Shown piece by piece: positions 1-14,649 of a DNA stretch of 64,000 bases (position 1 is its first letter; every line of letters starts with the position of its first letter). The stretch is from positions 19,902,001 through 19,966,000 of the forward strand of contig OX597835.1 of the NCBI GenBank assembly GCA_951406725.2, given 5' to 3'. Below the pieces are notes generated by a model. It worked only from the letters and a program-made list of their open reading frames with translations. It did no database searches and was not told the origin of the DNA. The position numbers and the translations under genes were made by a program. This DNA is from Octopus vulgaris. Its lineage: Eukaryota.

Positions 1-665
1 CGTATAGAAACTTGAAAATGAACTATCATCTCATAGACACTATTTTTGAGCAGAAAAATACAGAAGTCCTGCCTCGAAAGTTATTGAACACATATCGCTT
101 CAACAGCTGTATATTTTCGGCTAAACCCGCAACAAGAGAAACAACCAAAACAAAAATGTAACAGCGTTAAGATTTTGTTATAAGGCTATGTTCTATGCTG
201 TCTTCCTCTCTGGAAAACATTGTAAATCTACCTCCCTCAAATTAGACATGACAGGCTTAAAACCGGAAAAAAGACATCGGATAATAACATTTCAATGTCT
301 GATAAAAGCAAAGACAGGACGGTGATAGACGGAACAGCTTTGAACATGTTTCTGATAAATCTTTCAGTTAACCTGGGGCAAGATATTTCGGAAGAATCAG
401 AACAACATCTGCAAAAATTACAAAGCTATATCTCAAAAGTAGTGTCTACGCCAGAATTTATTCTGCCGTAAACAAGTTATTTTGTAAAACAGAAAAGAAA
501 ATACAAGTATTTCTGGTGCACGGTTCGATTCTTATCAGCGGCAGGGGAGTGTTTATCTTCTTCTTTTCTATCTAACTTCTGTTGTTTACAAAAGTAAAAC
601 TTTTAATGTCAATTTTATGAAAATACAGTTATTAGTATTCCATAATATATATACATACACACACA

Positions 666-731
<66 letters not shown>

Positions 732-804
732 CACTTATCTAGGTACAAACATATGTACAAACATACTTGTATATATATATACTAAAGTAAAATTATTTAT
801 ATAA

Positions 805-868
<64 letters not shown>

Positions 869-1299
869 TGTATGTGTACGTGTGTGTATATTTAACTTGT
901 ATTAGTGTAGTGTTTCAACCTTTCAAATATCCATAAAAACATAGGCACACAGAAACAGACGCGAACAAACGCACTCATGCACACACACACACAAGCATAC
1001 ACCCATAATCACATCACATACGGAAACACTCACATATATATTGTATTGCATACAAACCCGCTCGCCTACGTAAAAACATTTATATATATATATAGTTACA
1101 AATATATACATCGATACCAACCGACCTTACTACATATCTACATAAATAAATACCCGCGTATACACACGCATACATATATGTATATATGAGCGTGTGTATA
1201 TGCATATATGTGTGTATATATGTATATATACATATATGTGCATATATATCCATATACCTATATGTACATATACAAATATATAAACACATATATACATAT

Positions 1300-1381
<82 letters not shown>

Positions 1382-2529
1382 GTAATTAGCCTCTTAAAAG
1401 ATTTACAATCAATCAAGCATATACGGAAATAATCTTGTAGGAAATTCCAAACATCTCAAGAGACTTGAGGTTTAACAAAAACATTTATAGACACAAAGAA
1501 ATGTATTGTAATTTCAGAGTTTATGAGAAAAAATGTTTGAAACCAGAACATATTTCGTAGTTAATATCCTTTTTTTTTTCTTTTTCTTTTTTTTTGGTGG
1601 TTGTTCTTTCTCTCTCAATATTATGTTTTGTTCATTGCTTATGTGAGTCAGATGTGATTGCAGTGATTTAACTTCTTCCCCAACGACTTATTCGTTTCTA
1701 ACTGTTTTAGTCTTATTCTGTTCCTCTTTCGAAGTCTGAAAGTCTGCTGACATAACCATCTCACTTTCGATCGCATTCAAAAAAAATTCTTTCTATTCTC
1801 TTCTATGTCTAAATCTCTTTTTATATCTCTCTCCTGTTGTATTGATCTATTGTTCTCTTCTTTTGTCTGTTGTTGAACATCAGTTGATCCTTAAATGAGT
1901 TATCATATTATCATCAATGATTTTCCTCCTCCGAAAACCCGTCCATTTTTATTTCAATTATTTCGTCCCTTGGTTATTTCAGTAACCTATGCAATTCTTT
2001 AGTGTGACGTAGTCGTAAATGCAGAACGATTCATTTGTTTTTATTTACCACATCCATTGACTACGCAATGTCTTTCCCATGCCTCCATTTTATTGCTTTT
2101 CCGCTCCCTAGTTGCTTTGCATAATTGTGAAGCGTTAAATACCAGTAATACTTTATGCAGTTATTGCTGGAAGCTGTAAGATTCGATAGTAATTTCGATG
2201 TGTGGTTAGATTGGTGGATTAGTAACTTATGTGGCAGACCATAAATATCTCCACAAAATATTTTCTGAATATATACATATAGGTGTGCCAAACCATCAGA
2301 ATCATTGGTGTGCAGTAAAATTGCTTAACGGCATTTCTTTCAACTCATTACTATTGAAGTTGAAACCTTGTCAAGCTCAACTTGTTCTCCGATGCTGGCA
2401 ATGACTAAATGAGAACTAGGTTCGATGTACTCGACTACACTTATCCATATATTGATGACCTGTCTCGAAATCTGAAACCATTATCATTGTTATCATCATC
2501 ACCATTGTTGTTATTATTATTATTAGTAA

Positions 2530-3100
2530 ACTTCCTTCAGTATTAAACTTCCATCACTATTACCTACATAGGAGTCTATATCTACTCTACCTGACTCCAC
2601 GCAGTTTTCTACTTATAATAACTCTATTCTGCCTTCCTTCCTAGGTAGGTATAATCCTGTTATTCCTGCCCTTGGGTGGAAATCCTCCATTCATATTGAA
2701 TTCTTTCCTAGATCTTCAGTCTAGCTTTGCTAATTCAGCTTTTGTCCATTCTATAAAACCTGCTGAGTATCTAATTAATTATACTGCCCAAGTATTTACA
2801 GCGCTCAGATTCGGATTTTTTAGCTTTGACTCCATTAGCTTCCTCACCCCTCTGATGTACTCCTCAATTTTCATTTTCATTTCTATTGTTAGTACCCTGT
2901 CACATTCTAATACTCCTAGCTACTTATATCTCTCTTCTTTCAATGATTTTTATGTAGGGCGATCTGGTAATTGGATGCCTTCGCTGTTGACTATCTATTT
3001 CCTTCTCATTACTAGTATGCCCACTTATCAATGCCATATTTCATGCCTGTGTCTTTGCCTTAGTGTTTTACAAGTTGTATTAAGGAATCGATAACTTTTC
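2530..3100 (-). mobile_element. Degenerate R4/Dong-clade non-LTR retrotransposon, RT C-terminal region
   Basis: Minus-strand translation across stops/frameshifts: KVIDSLIQLVKH*GKDTGMKYGIDK...SEGIQLPD...YK*LGVLE...KIEEYIRGVRKLMESKL...AVNTWAV...YSAGFIEWTKAELAKLD, matching the R4/Dong pattern (DIGMEFGxxKC, YKYLG, AINTWAV, RYSAG). Ends beside a (TTA)n run. Confidence 0.8.
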
Positions 3101-3125
3101 CATACTTATTATGTATGCATGTATG

Positions 3126-3239
<114 letters not shown>

Positions 3240-3934
3240 CATACGTGCATATACATATGAAAGGTTCGCAGGAACAGTTTAAAGTTGAGTGGTAACATTG
3301 GCTCCCTTCTTCGAGGTATAAGGACGCAGATTCAGTGGCCAACCGGAAAAGGTGTTATCCAAGGGTAAAATCGGTAATAACATCGTCCTAATCACGACTG
3401 CCTCTTCATGTCGGCAAATAGATTTTACTGTATTTTTCAATAGGCTGTTTGCCTAACGTGGGCTCAATTTCTCTACATTTACGTACTGCCTCAACTCTAA
3501 ATTACAGGCCAGTATGTACCCTATCGCTTCTGATAAACGCTCATGGATTTCTCATGTGAATCCCTTTTTGTTGAAGAAATCAATGGTCTTCTTTGCAATT
3601 CCACTGCTACTTCCGATAGGATCGGTGTGGTTGATGCCTTTTATTACACGATTTAGCCCCAGGCACATCTTGAAGGAGCACTTATCCGATCACATCCTTT
3701 TGTAAAATTTCCATTCTTCCTGTTTCTTCTGGGGATGTAGGGCTATACTATATGATACGTGTGTACCTTCCTTTCCCCATAATTGTGTCTTTTCGTCTGT
3801 GAGATGTGGTCTTTCTGGAATATTTGGCTGTTTTTGTTATATAACGCTGAAAGGTCACGTATTTGTTTCTATTGTGTTGCTTCGTGATACTGTTTTGTTT
3901 GTTTTGTTTTATAAAAATCTCGATATTTCCTTCA

Positions 3935-4480
3935 TGATGAAGTGTTCATGACGATGACGACGACCACGACGATGATGATGATGATGATGAAGATGACGAC
4001 GATGATGATGATGATGATGATGATACGGATGATGATGATGATGACGGCCACGACGATGATGATGATGATGATGCGGATGCGGATGATGATGATGATGACG
4101 ACGACGAAGATGATGATGACGGCGAAGATGATGATGACGACGACGACGATGATGATGATGATGATGATGTTGATGATGCTGCTGCTGTTGCTGATGATGG
4201 TGGTGGTGGTTGTGATGAATGCGATCATGTTGATGATGAGAGTGACGGCTGCATCGATGATTAATGATGTCTTCGACGCCGAAATCGCCGAAACTCAAGA
4301 GGATGGTGACGATGATGACCACGAGGACGACAACAACGACGACGACGACGACGATAACGACGAAGATGATGATGATGATGATGGTTGTGTTGATGAGGGC
4401 GAAAATATTGACGATAATGATGATAATGACGATGGCAGCATCAGGAGTTGATGATGATTATGATCACGATGACGTCGTCT
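3935..4480. repeat. Compound (GAT/GAC)n microsatellite
   Basis: Directly visible; explains the poly-Met/His/Ile/Asp ORFs. Confidence 0.95.
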
Positions 4481-4571
4481 AAATTATGTGACATGCAAGA
4501 ACAATGGACACTTTAAGTAGTAATTTAAACCAAATTGATGTTCTGCACTCTGTGTGTTTAGATAGTTTTAT

Positions 4572-4629
<58 letters not shown>

Positions 4630-5422
4630 TGTGTCTGTTTTGTGATACTTCTTTTACATTATTTATTTTCATATTTGTTCAAATAATTCTTTTTTTGAAT
4701 GCCTTGTTCTTTTTTTATTTCATATTTTTTTATTGTTTTAAATATTCGTTGTGTTTGTTTTTGTTTTTTTTTTTGTCTTGTTCATTTTCGTTTATTTAGT
4801 GTATTTTATTTCAATTTATTTCATTCGTTTTTTATTTATTTATGCAAGTTTAAGTTACCAAGGAAACGATCAATACGTTAAATTAATGACTATCATAAAA
4901 AAATTGACAGAAAAGAAAAAAATACCGCAACGTAATTCATTGTTAAAATACATTTAAAACAACAACAAAAATAATAAATATATAGTAGAATTTAGAAAAC
5001 AGATCTCAAAACAGTCTGTGTGGTTTAGTATTATTTTACGTAAAACACACTGTATATGTTCGAGGTACGTTTTATATATTTTCTTTTAAATAATAAATTC
5101 TGATAATATTGTCGTTTTAACAAGTATAACTATTAAGCAGATTGGGGAGTTATTTATCATGTGAGGGCGAATATATAAAACATACTTTTGCTATCATATG
5201 TAATATCAGGAAATGTGGCAAGCATGCAATAATTATGATTTCAATGTTATCAAACATTTTGACTGCTTATAAAAAAAAAATGTTGAAAGGGTTACTAATT
5301 TACAAAGGAGAAACTATTTATTGCCTTAGAGTACCGTGAAACAAAACCATGTGCTTCTTTTCACACACACATACACACACACACACACATATATATGTAT
5401 ATATACACATACATGCATATGC

Positions 5423-5453
<31 letters not shown>

Positions 5454-5502
5454 TATACATACATATATACATATACATACATATACATACATATACATAC
5501 AT

Positions 5503-5589
<87 letters not shown>

Positions 5590-5707
5590 ATATATTTGTA
5601 TATGTACGTATATATATATGTATATTTGTGTATGTATATATACATATGTCTATATAAATGCATGTATATATATATAAGTGTGTTTGTCTGTGTATATAAA
5701 TATATAT

Positions 5708-5757
<50 letters not shown>

Positions 5758-5789
5758 GTGTGTGTGGAGGGGTGCGCGTGTGTGTGTGT

Positions 5790-6155
5790 AAGCGTGTCTG
5801 TGTGGCAACAAATTTGCTCCTCAACTACATGGTTCTAGATTCAGTTCCAGTGCGTGGCATCTTAGACACATGTCTTCAACTATAACCACGTTCCGCACCA
5901 AAATATCGTGAGTTAACTTAATGGATGGAAACGCAAATAAGCCCATCGTATATATATACGTTTATGTATATTTGTGTGTTTCTGTCTTTGTGCCTGAGGA
6001 TGCCTCCACCACTACTTAACTAACAGGTAGTGTCTTTAAGATCGCCTGATTTAGCGGTTCGGCATATGACTGATAGAATAAGTACCAAACTTCCAAAAGA
6101 CTAAATCTATCTGAAGATGGTGTCCCATCATGGCCGCAGCGTAACGACTACAAGA
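5790..6155 (+). mobile_element. Diverged SINE family B copy
   Basis: Collinear with 18681-19166 (catggttc..ttcagttcca.tgcgtggcatctt; ttagcggttcggca; catggccgcag). Confidence 0.7.
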
Positions 6156-6325
6156 ATGACGCAATCAAAACCATTTCTCTCGTCAATATATTATTACATA
6201 TCTGCACACACTTTCCAAAGCCTTATGTGAAACTGATCCAGCAACCTCTGTCTCTATACCATGTGAAACCTGACAAAATCATGCCAAATTTATATACAAA
6301 GGTTTACTTCATTTTAAATAGCATA

Positions 6326-6757
6326 TTTTTCTTTTCTACTCTAGGCATAAGGCCCGAAAATTTTGTGAAAAGGAGGGGCCTGTCGATCAGATCTGTACGC
6401 AACTGGTACTTAATTTATCAACCTTGAGAGGATGAAAGTCAAATTCGACCTCGGCGGAATTTGAACTCAGAATGTAAAGACAGACAAAATACTGCTAAGC
6501 ATTTTGTCCAGTGTGCTAACGATTCTGCCAGCTCGCCACCTTAATAATAATGATAATAATAATCCTTTCTACTATAGGCACAAGGCCTGAAATCTTGGGG
6601 AAGAGGGCCAGTTGATTAGATCGACCCCAGTGCACAACTGGTACTTAATTTATTGACCCTGAGAGGATGAAAGTCAAAGTCGACCTCGGCGGAATTTGAA
6701 CTCAGAATGTAAAGACGGACGAAATACTGCTAACGTCTCTGCAAGCTGACCGCCTTT
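6326..6757 (-). mobile_element. Two adjacent SINE family A copies with a variant 3' tail
   Basis: Core ggatgaaagtcaaa.tcgacctcggcggaatttgaactcagaa occurs twice; tail ttctact.taggca.aaggcc.gaaa differs from the 8970 array. Confidence 0.85.
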
Positions 6758-8214
6758 TGAATAGCATATTATTATATGAACACTGGATGATTCACAGTGC
6801 ATAACAACTAGAGAAAATAAATGACTTATGACATCCGATTTGTCCGGTTATTATGGCCTCGGTCATAATGCCTTGCCATGTAATTTATTCCGGTCCTTTA
6901 CGTTCCAACATCAAATTCTGTTTGGATCAGTTTATATGAATATTCTTACGTTGCTTTACATAAATATTCATGAATGGAAAGTGAATTGATAGAATTTTAA
7001 GAATGCTGGGTGAGATGTCTTCTAACGTTTTGCGTTTTCTATTTTTCTGCTTATTCATTTTGGAATCTACTTGCAATAAGGAATTCGGTTCCACATTTTT
7101 GCTAGATTAATGCAGGTTTTCTCTTTTCTTTGCAAACAATGATGGTTGCGGAGTTAGGTGGTTTAATTAAATGAAGGCTCGCTAGTCTTTTATAAAATAA
7201 AAGCAATATTTCCGGGACATATACAGGAAAAAAAATCTTTTCATGAAGAGTTATCATCACACCTCACGTGACATACGAAGTCCTCAGAAGTTAAATTATC
7301 CATTTGTTCAGTGATACGCGGATTCTATTTAATTTCTCTTCCTTTTGCATCTCTTAAGGATCAATATTTTAATACACTAACGCAGAGAAAGAAAGAAATG
7401 GAGAAGTGTGTAATTATATAGGTAATAGATGCTACATTAAGAGAACAACGAGGCAGCGACAGAGGTTATAAATACTTTATAGACATCAGAAATACAAATG
7501 TCCTAGAAATATTTCCTATAACCGACACCCTTCTGTGTTGTAGGATGAGATGCAGAAATCTTAAGAAACTGATGTGATTGTCTTTAGCTAAACGTTTCCT
7601 ATGGTATATCCGCTCAGTCATATGTATGTACTGAAAATATAACCTACAACAAAACATTTCCTCAACAGTATTACCTCCGTCATCAACAATATGCTATACG
7701 GGAAGCATTGCAGCAGAAGGCACCGCTTCACATAAATTACTATTTCGCAGCACTATACTTAATCATGTTTCAAGATATGAAGTTCTTTAAAATAATAAGC
7801 AATGAAATAGTTTATTGTGGTAAACTAAAACAACTACCCTTTTAGGACTAAGGCCAGCAGTATTGAAGGGATTGGTTGGTTGGTTGGTTGGTAACTTCGA
7901 ATACAGTGGCTAGATGGCGCTATATTTTATTGACACCGGGCGTGTGAAATGCAAAGTTGATATCCTGTGGGATTTGATATCGGAACTTATATTTTGATTG
8001 AGTCTTGATTGAGTTTTGAGAACCTGTTTAGAGGAATATGAGGCAATGTTATGTAATATAAACTATTTTGATGAGATTTTTTATAGGTAAATGCAATACG
8101 TTTATTTTTTTTTAATTTCTGAAATATTGGCTGTTTTCAGAATATCACGTTACTATTCCAACACAACTGTAACTTTTTCCTCGCTAAACGTTGATATCTG
8201 TACTTAATGATGTT

Positions 8215-8257
8215 AGTTGATGCCGATGCTGGTACACGCACTGCCACTACTACTGCT

Positions 8258-8301
<44 letters not shown>

Positions 8302-8389
8302 CGATGAGATAACGAGGATTGTAGATGATGATGATGATGATGATGAGGAGGAGGAGGAGGAGGAGGGCGATGATGATGAGGACGACGAC

Positions 8390-8423
<34 letters not shown>

Positions 8424-8429
8424 GTGGTT

Positions 8430-8460
<31 letters not shown>

Positions 8461-8730
8461 CGATGGTGAGAGCGATGACTTCATCCACCACGAGAATGTT
8501 GATTAATGATGCTTTTGACGCCAATAACGACGACGACGACAATGATGACGACATTGATAATGGCAATCAAGTCATCATGATACCGGAATCGTTATAATCA
8601 TGACGACGACGACGACGACGACGACGACGGCTATGATGACTACGATAACGATCATGATGAGGATAGTGATGACGATCTTGACGACGATGACAACGATGAC
8701 GACGATGATGACAACGATCACAACGATGAT
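8215..8730. repeat. Compound (GAT/GAG/GAC)n microsatellite
   Basis: Directly visible. Confidence 0.95.
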
Positions 8731-8969
8731 AGTTTCGTTGTCTAAAATACCTGATATGCAAGAATAATGGATCCTTTAATGTGTAATTTTGACCCTATTG
8801 ACCCTTAATATAGCTGTGAGTGATTACGATTTTTAACCCCTTAGGTTTGACAATTCGGAACTCGAATGAAACAACGTCAAAATAAATCAAAATATCACTT
8901 CCGAAATTTTCTCCTTTAATATATCAACATATAAAGAATGACATAACTGAAATAAATGAAATGAATGAA

Positions 8970-9926
8970 GGCGGCGAGCTAGCACGCCGGGCGAAATGCT
9001 TAGCGGTATTTCGTCTGCCGTTACGTTCCGTGTTCAAATTACGCCGAGGTCGACTTTGCCTTTCATCCTCTCGGGGTCGATTAAATAAGTACCAGTTACG
9101 CACTGGGATCGATATAATCGACTTAATCCGTTAAATCAGTCCTTGTTTGTCCGCTCTGTGTTTAGCCCCTTGTGGTTAGTAAAGAAATAGGTGTTTCGTC
9201 TGCCGTTACGTTCCGTGTTCAAATTACGCCGAGGTCGACTTTGCCTTTCATCCTCTCGGGGTCGATTAAATAAGTACCAGTTACGCACTGGGGTCGATAT
9301 AATCGACTTAATCCGTTTGTCTGTCCTTGTTTGTCCTCTCTGTGTTTAGCCCCTTGTGGGTAGTAAAGAAATAGGTATTTCGTCTGCCGTTACGTTCTGA
9401 GTTCAAATTACGCCGAGGTCGACTTTGCCTTTCATCCTTTCAGTGTCGATTAATTAAGTACCAGTTACACACTGGGATCGATATAATCGACTTAATCCGT
9501 TAATTCTGTCCTTGTTTGTCCTCTCTGTGTTTAGCCCCTTGTGGGTAGTAAAGAAATAGGTATTTCGTCTGCCGTTACGTTCCGAGTTCAAATTCCGCCG
9601 AGGTCGACTTTGCCTTTCATCCTTTCGGGGTCGATTAAATAAGTACTAGTTACGTACTGGGGTCTATATAATCGACTTAATCCGTTTGTCTGTCCTTGTT
9701 TGTTCTCTCTGTGTTTAGCCCCTTGTTGGTAGTAAAGAAATAGGTATTTCGTCTGCTGTAACGTACCAAGTTCAAATTACGCCGAGGTCGACTTTGACTG
9801 TCATTCTTTCGGGGTCGATTAAATAAGTACCAGTTACGCAATGGAGTCAATGTAATCGACATGATCCTTTTGTCTGTCCTTGTTTGTACCCTCTATATTT
9901 ACCCCCTTGCGGGCAATAAAGAAATA
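8970..9926 (+). mobile_element. SINE family A pentamer: one tRNA-like head plus five ~184-185 bp units
   Basis: Head ggcggcgagc..tagcacgccgggcgaaatgc, then units starting ggt(a/g)tttcgtctg at 9005, 9190, 9374, 9559 and 9743; each has a B-box-like gttcaaatt and ends aaagaaata. Confidence 0.92.
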
Positions 9927-10274
9927 TAGAGAACGAAATAACTATATGAAGTAACTATAAAAACGTTACTTCAAAATCTCCGAAGGAATCCCGAGCTTAT
10001 AGAAGACAAGCATTGTTTTAAACGTTCTTCTACGAAAACTGACTATATCTTCTTTTGATACAGTAAACGAAAATCCCATTTCTAATTCCTCCTTCACTGG
10101 GAGTAAGCAGGGTACTCTAATCTACCCCTAAATTTCTAAGACCATATATCTAATACTAATTCCAAAATGAATCAGTGAGGGAGAATCTATATAGTTACTG
10201 AATCTGCTTGAAGTTAGTTACCATATAGTTCTATGCCGGCTTATAGATGTGCAATTTCTATTTGTTGATGTAGT

Positions 10275-10608
10275 TAAAAAAAAAAAGACTCCGCCGGTTA
10301 CGACGACGAGGGTCCCAGCTGATACTATCAACGGAACGGCTTGCTCGTGAAATTAACGTGCAAATGGCTGAGCATTCCACAGAGACGTGTACTCTTAACG
10401 TAGTTCTCGGGGATAATCAGCGTGACACAGAGAGTGACAAGGCTGACCCTTTGAAATACAAGTACAACTCATTTTTGCCAGCTGAGTGGACTGGAGCAAC
10501 GTGAAATAAAGTGTCTTGCTCAAGGACACAGCGCGTCGCCGGGAATCGAACTCACAACCTTACGATCATGAGCCGAATGCCCTAACCACTAAGCCACGCG
10601 CCCTCACA
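10275..10608 (-). mobile_element. Full-length tRNA-derived SINE family C (CORE-like domain) with 12-bp TSD
   Basis: Minus strand: A-box tggcttagtggttagg, B-box gagttcgattccc, then gtgtccttgagcaagacacttt. TSD tgttgatgtagt at 10263-10274 and 10609-10620. Confidence 0.9.
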
Positions 10609-10908
10609 TGTTGATGTAGTATTGTATGCATGTAAGACGGGAAGATGGTCAGTCGTACGTTTTCTTTGATGATATGTCAAAAGGATTAGGGTTGACTAGC
10701 AAGAAAAGAATCACGAGTAGCACAACAACAACAACAACAACAAAAAACGCAAGGAAGCAACAGTTTCAGCAAATTGATTGACTTCTTCTGTTAGGTTTCC
10801 ACCTTTGCTTATTTTTTAATAAAGAAACATCAAAAGATCGGCCATTATACTAAACATCATAAGCCTGCTACACGTATATACATACATACATACATACATA
10901 CATACACA

Positions 10909-11024
<116 letters not shown>

Positions 11025-11162
11025 TACATATATATTTATATATATATATATATATTACATACACACACATATGAGCGTATACTTACTGTATATATATATA
11101 TGTGTGTATATACTTATATATTTACATATATATTTACATACACACATGGGCATATACTTACA

Positions 11163-11243
<81 letters not shown>

Positions 11244-11607
11244 CGTGCGTATATATATATATATATGAATTTCAGCTACTCATACGGACTTGTATACACA
11301 TACACATTCATGCATGCAGTAGATTACAATGTATCAGCGATAGGTACGAAACAAAGAGAAGAAACTAAACGAAGTAGAAAACCACACTTAAACACACAAC
11401 ATTCGCAGGTAGCCATATTTCAATACTACAAAGAAACAACTCGTGTAAAAACAATATATTAGTTCCATCATGGATTAATAGAATTCTGCCAGGGCAGACA
11501 ATCTCTCTGTAACAAACTCTATCTAACCGTAAAAAAATATATTGGTAGAAGAAATGCGGTGGTGTTTGTACTATGACAGGCTGCGTGGACGCCAAATCTA
11601 GCATTTA

Positions 11608-11919
11608 TACTAAGACTACCAAAAAATTGGGAAAAAATGATGGTAAATTTTTTTTTTAGTTAAAAAGGTCGATGTGCGTCCCCTAGACAGTCTGTGGTTT
11701 GTGTTTCTGATTCTCGACCCCATGTCGAATTTATCGATTTTTTTCAGAACTGGGGGAACTTTTCGAAATTTTCGCTGCGTTAGTTTTGAATTATGACATT
11801 GGTCTATGTGTTTGTCAAGTTTCATCAGAATCGGTTGAAAGCCCTGGTCAGGGTGAGGGTAGAACCTAACAGACACACAGACACGCAGACAGACAAACTG
11901 CCGTTTATATAGAGAGAGA
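11608..11919 (-). mobile_element. Non-autonomous Helitron-like element, truncated
   Basis: aagtttcatcagaatcggttg...acagacagacaaact...tttatatagagagagat gives 5'-TC on the minus strand; shares aaaaatga(t/c)ggtaa(a)tttttttt with 40100-40395. Confidence 0.55.
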
Positions 11920-12357
11920 TATCGCAAAAGTACAAGGAACGATATCTTTCTCTCTCTGATTCAGTTCAGAAACTAAATGTGTACATTTACAACGGGACTT
12001 AGCGTTTGTTTTATCAGGAAAATCAACAGCCCCCTGTTTGTTGATTTCAGCAGAAAAGACCCTACAGACAAAAGCAAAATCTTCTTACCTGTAACCGGAT
12101 GTATCTCCTGCTTAAACATTATTGTCACTACCGGAATAAAATTTTCCTTTGCAACAAGTAAACTACATCGCATCACTCTGCGCAGAACGGCATATTTTGC
12201 TTGTTTCAATCATTAGACTGCAACCATGCTAGGCACAGACACACACACACACACTCCCGAACAAGCACGCAAACACGCATATTCACACAGGTACACACAC
12301 ACACACACACACATACACACACACAAGCACACACACACACAAATACACACACACACA

Positions 12358-12532
12358 TATATTGGTCGGACTTCTTTGAGTTTATGAGTTTCTCTCTACC
12401 AAATCCACTCACAAGGCTTTTGTTGGCCCGACACCATAGTATAAAAGAGTTGCCCAAGGAGGAGCGCAGTGGAACTGAACAGGGATTCACGAGATTGGGA
12501 AGCAAACATCTTACCACAGAGCCATGCCCGCG
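12358..12532 (-). mobile_element. SINE family B, 5' half
   Basis: taccaaatccactcacaaggcttt...cttaccacagagccatgcc is the reverse complement of the family B head. Confidence 0.75.
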
Positions 12533-12877
12533 TGTATATTACTGGCAAGTACTCTCTTTCTTCGAGGAGAAACTACGAATTCCGATGTGCTTAGATACCA
12601 GCTTTAGGTTTCGTCAGTACGTTTGAGAGAAGCCCTTTCTGGGTAAGCGTGTGATCCCAGGACAGCTTCCCTCATGCCATGGGATCACACCACCATTCCT
12701 AGTAAGTTTATAATTCTAATTGACACTGATATGTATGATGAAGTATCATGTTTCCTTGGGGCAAAGTTTATTGTGGTAAACTAAAACAACTACCCTTTTA
12801 GGAACAAGGCCCGCAGTATTGAAGGGAGAGGCTGGTTGGTTGGTTGGTAACATCGAATACAGTGGTTAGATGGCGCT

Positions 12878-13086
12878 TAGCACACTGGGCGAAATGCGTA
12901 GCCGTATTTCGTCTGCCGTTACGTTCTGGGTTCAAATTCCGCCGAGGTTCACTTTGCCTTTCATCCTTTCGGGGTCGATAAATTAAGTACCAGTTACGCA
13001 CTGGGGTCGATGTAATCGACTTGATACCTATGTCTGTCCTTGTTTGTCCCTTCTGTGTTTAGCCCCTTGTGGGCAGTAAAGAAATA
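12878..13086 (+). mobile_element. SINE family A monomer inserted in a locally duplicated segment
   Basis: Flanks join up to match the uninterrupted copy at 7809-7996; gct is repeated at both junctions. Confidence 0.9.
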
Positions 13087-14048
13087 GCTATATTTTATTG
13101 ACACCGGGCGTGTGAAATGCAAAGTTGATATCCTGTGGGATTTGATATCGGAACGGATATTCTGGAATAAATGCCGCAAGACAATTTATCATATGGTTAA
13201 TAACTCTGCTTATACGTCTCTACAAGATGAGGTTCGAAACCACTGCAAATGTGAGTGGAGATTATATAATTCATATGGATCAAACCCAAGGTCGCATCAT
13301 ACAACAGCTCCTGTTTTAGGTGTGTAGAGAGTGAATTGGAGATTCGATTGCAATTTGTAAAAGCACGAATGATGACATGAAGGCTCTGTCGTAGACTGCA
13401 AAGTTTTGTATGCTATAGATTGATGTAAAGCATCTGTAGTGCATTGTTTGCATAAAGGATATCCAATTTATCCCGATAATGACATTTCAATCAACACATA
13501 AAAGGTAAAACAATTTTTCAGCTTCGGTTGCTGTTATTACTTACGTATCTCAGTCGCATTATGATCTGGAATATCCCTGAAATGTTTTCAAGTTATAGCA
13601 AAGACTCAATTTTCACGTTTGTGTTCATTTATTTTTACATCATATACACTTGAATTAGCAAAAACCCTAAGGTAGAGAGCTAGGCGACAATCCACCGCCG
13701 TGAAAAATATATAATAGTTGCAACCTTATCCACCTTGTTATAAATCATAGAATGCTGCCTGTATGCTACTTACAATGAAGCTACAGAGATAGGAAATATA
13801 TATTCCGATATAATATTGTTCGATATATAATGCTATTGAGGCTTACAAATATGTAAAAATCTCACATTGATTTACACGTACTGCTCATTCAAAGTGATAC
13901 ACTGGACTGGAAGAAATAGAACTAGATACGATTATGTAATGTGCGTAGGTGAAACCAATGTACACACACACACATATATATATATATTATGTATATATGT
14001 ATAAATATATGTCTATGGAGACATATATATTTATGTATATTCTTAATT

Positions 14049-14358
14049 TTATTCTTATTCTTTTATTCTTTTACTTGTTTCAGGCATTTCACTGTGGCCA
14101 TGCTGGAGCTCCGCCTTTAGTCGAACTAATCGACCACAGGTCTTCTTCTATGTAAGCCAAGTACTTATTCTATCGCTCTGTTTTGCCGACCCGCTAAGTT
14201 ATGCGGACGTACGCACACCAACATCGGCTGTCGAGCTATGGTGGGGGAACACACAAAAACACACAGACAAATGCACAAATATACATACATGTGTATATAC
14301 ATACATATATATATATACACATACATGTATAAATATACATACATATGTATATATACAT

Positions 14359-14416
<58 letters not shown>

Positions 14417-14578
14417 GATGGGCTTCTCACAGTTTCCGTCTACCAAATCGTTTCACATGGCCTTGGTCGACCCGAATTCATAATAGAAATCACCTACCCA
14501 AGATGTCATACAGAGGGATTGAACCCGAAACCATGTGGTTGTGAAGCAAACTTCCTACCACACAGCCATGCCTGCGCC
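14049..14578 (-). mobile_element. SINE family B, full length, with internal (TA)n/(CA)n
   Basis: Reverse complement of 18681-19166 from head to tail. Confidence 0.88.
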
Positions 14579-14649
14579 TATATATGCATGTATGTATGTA
14601 TGTATGTATGTATGTATGTATGTATGTATGTATGTATGTATGTATATAA

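Noticed and set aside
9005-9926. CRISPR-like array
   Set aside because: Contiguous ~185-bp near-identical units without unique spacers; the same unit is a dispersed SINE; no cas genes; eukaryotic context.
10530-10608. tRNA genes here and at ~33460, ~42870 and the family A/B heads
   Set aside because: A/B boxes run directly into shared SINE bodies, some with TSDs; no clean cloverleaf with a terminator.
12649-12690. 11-bp hairpin gtgtgatccca/tgggatcacac as a terminator or ncRNA
   Set aside because: Isolated, no U-tract, no second copy; function cannot be supported.
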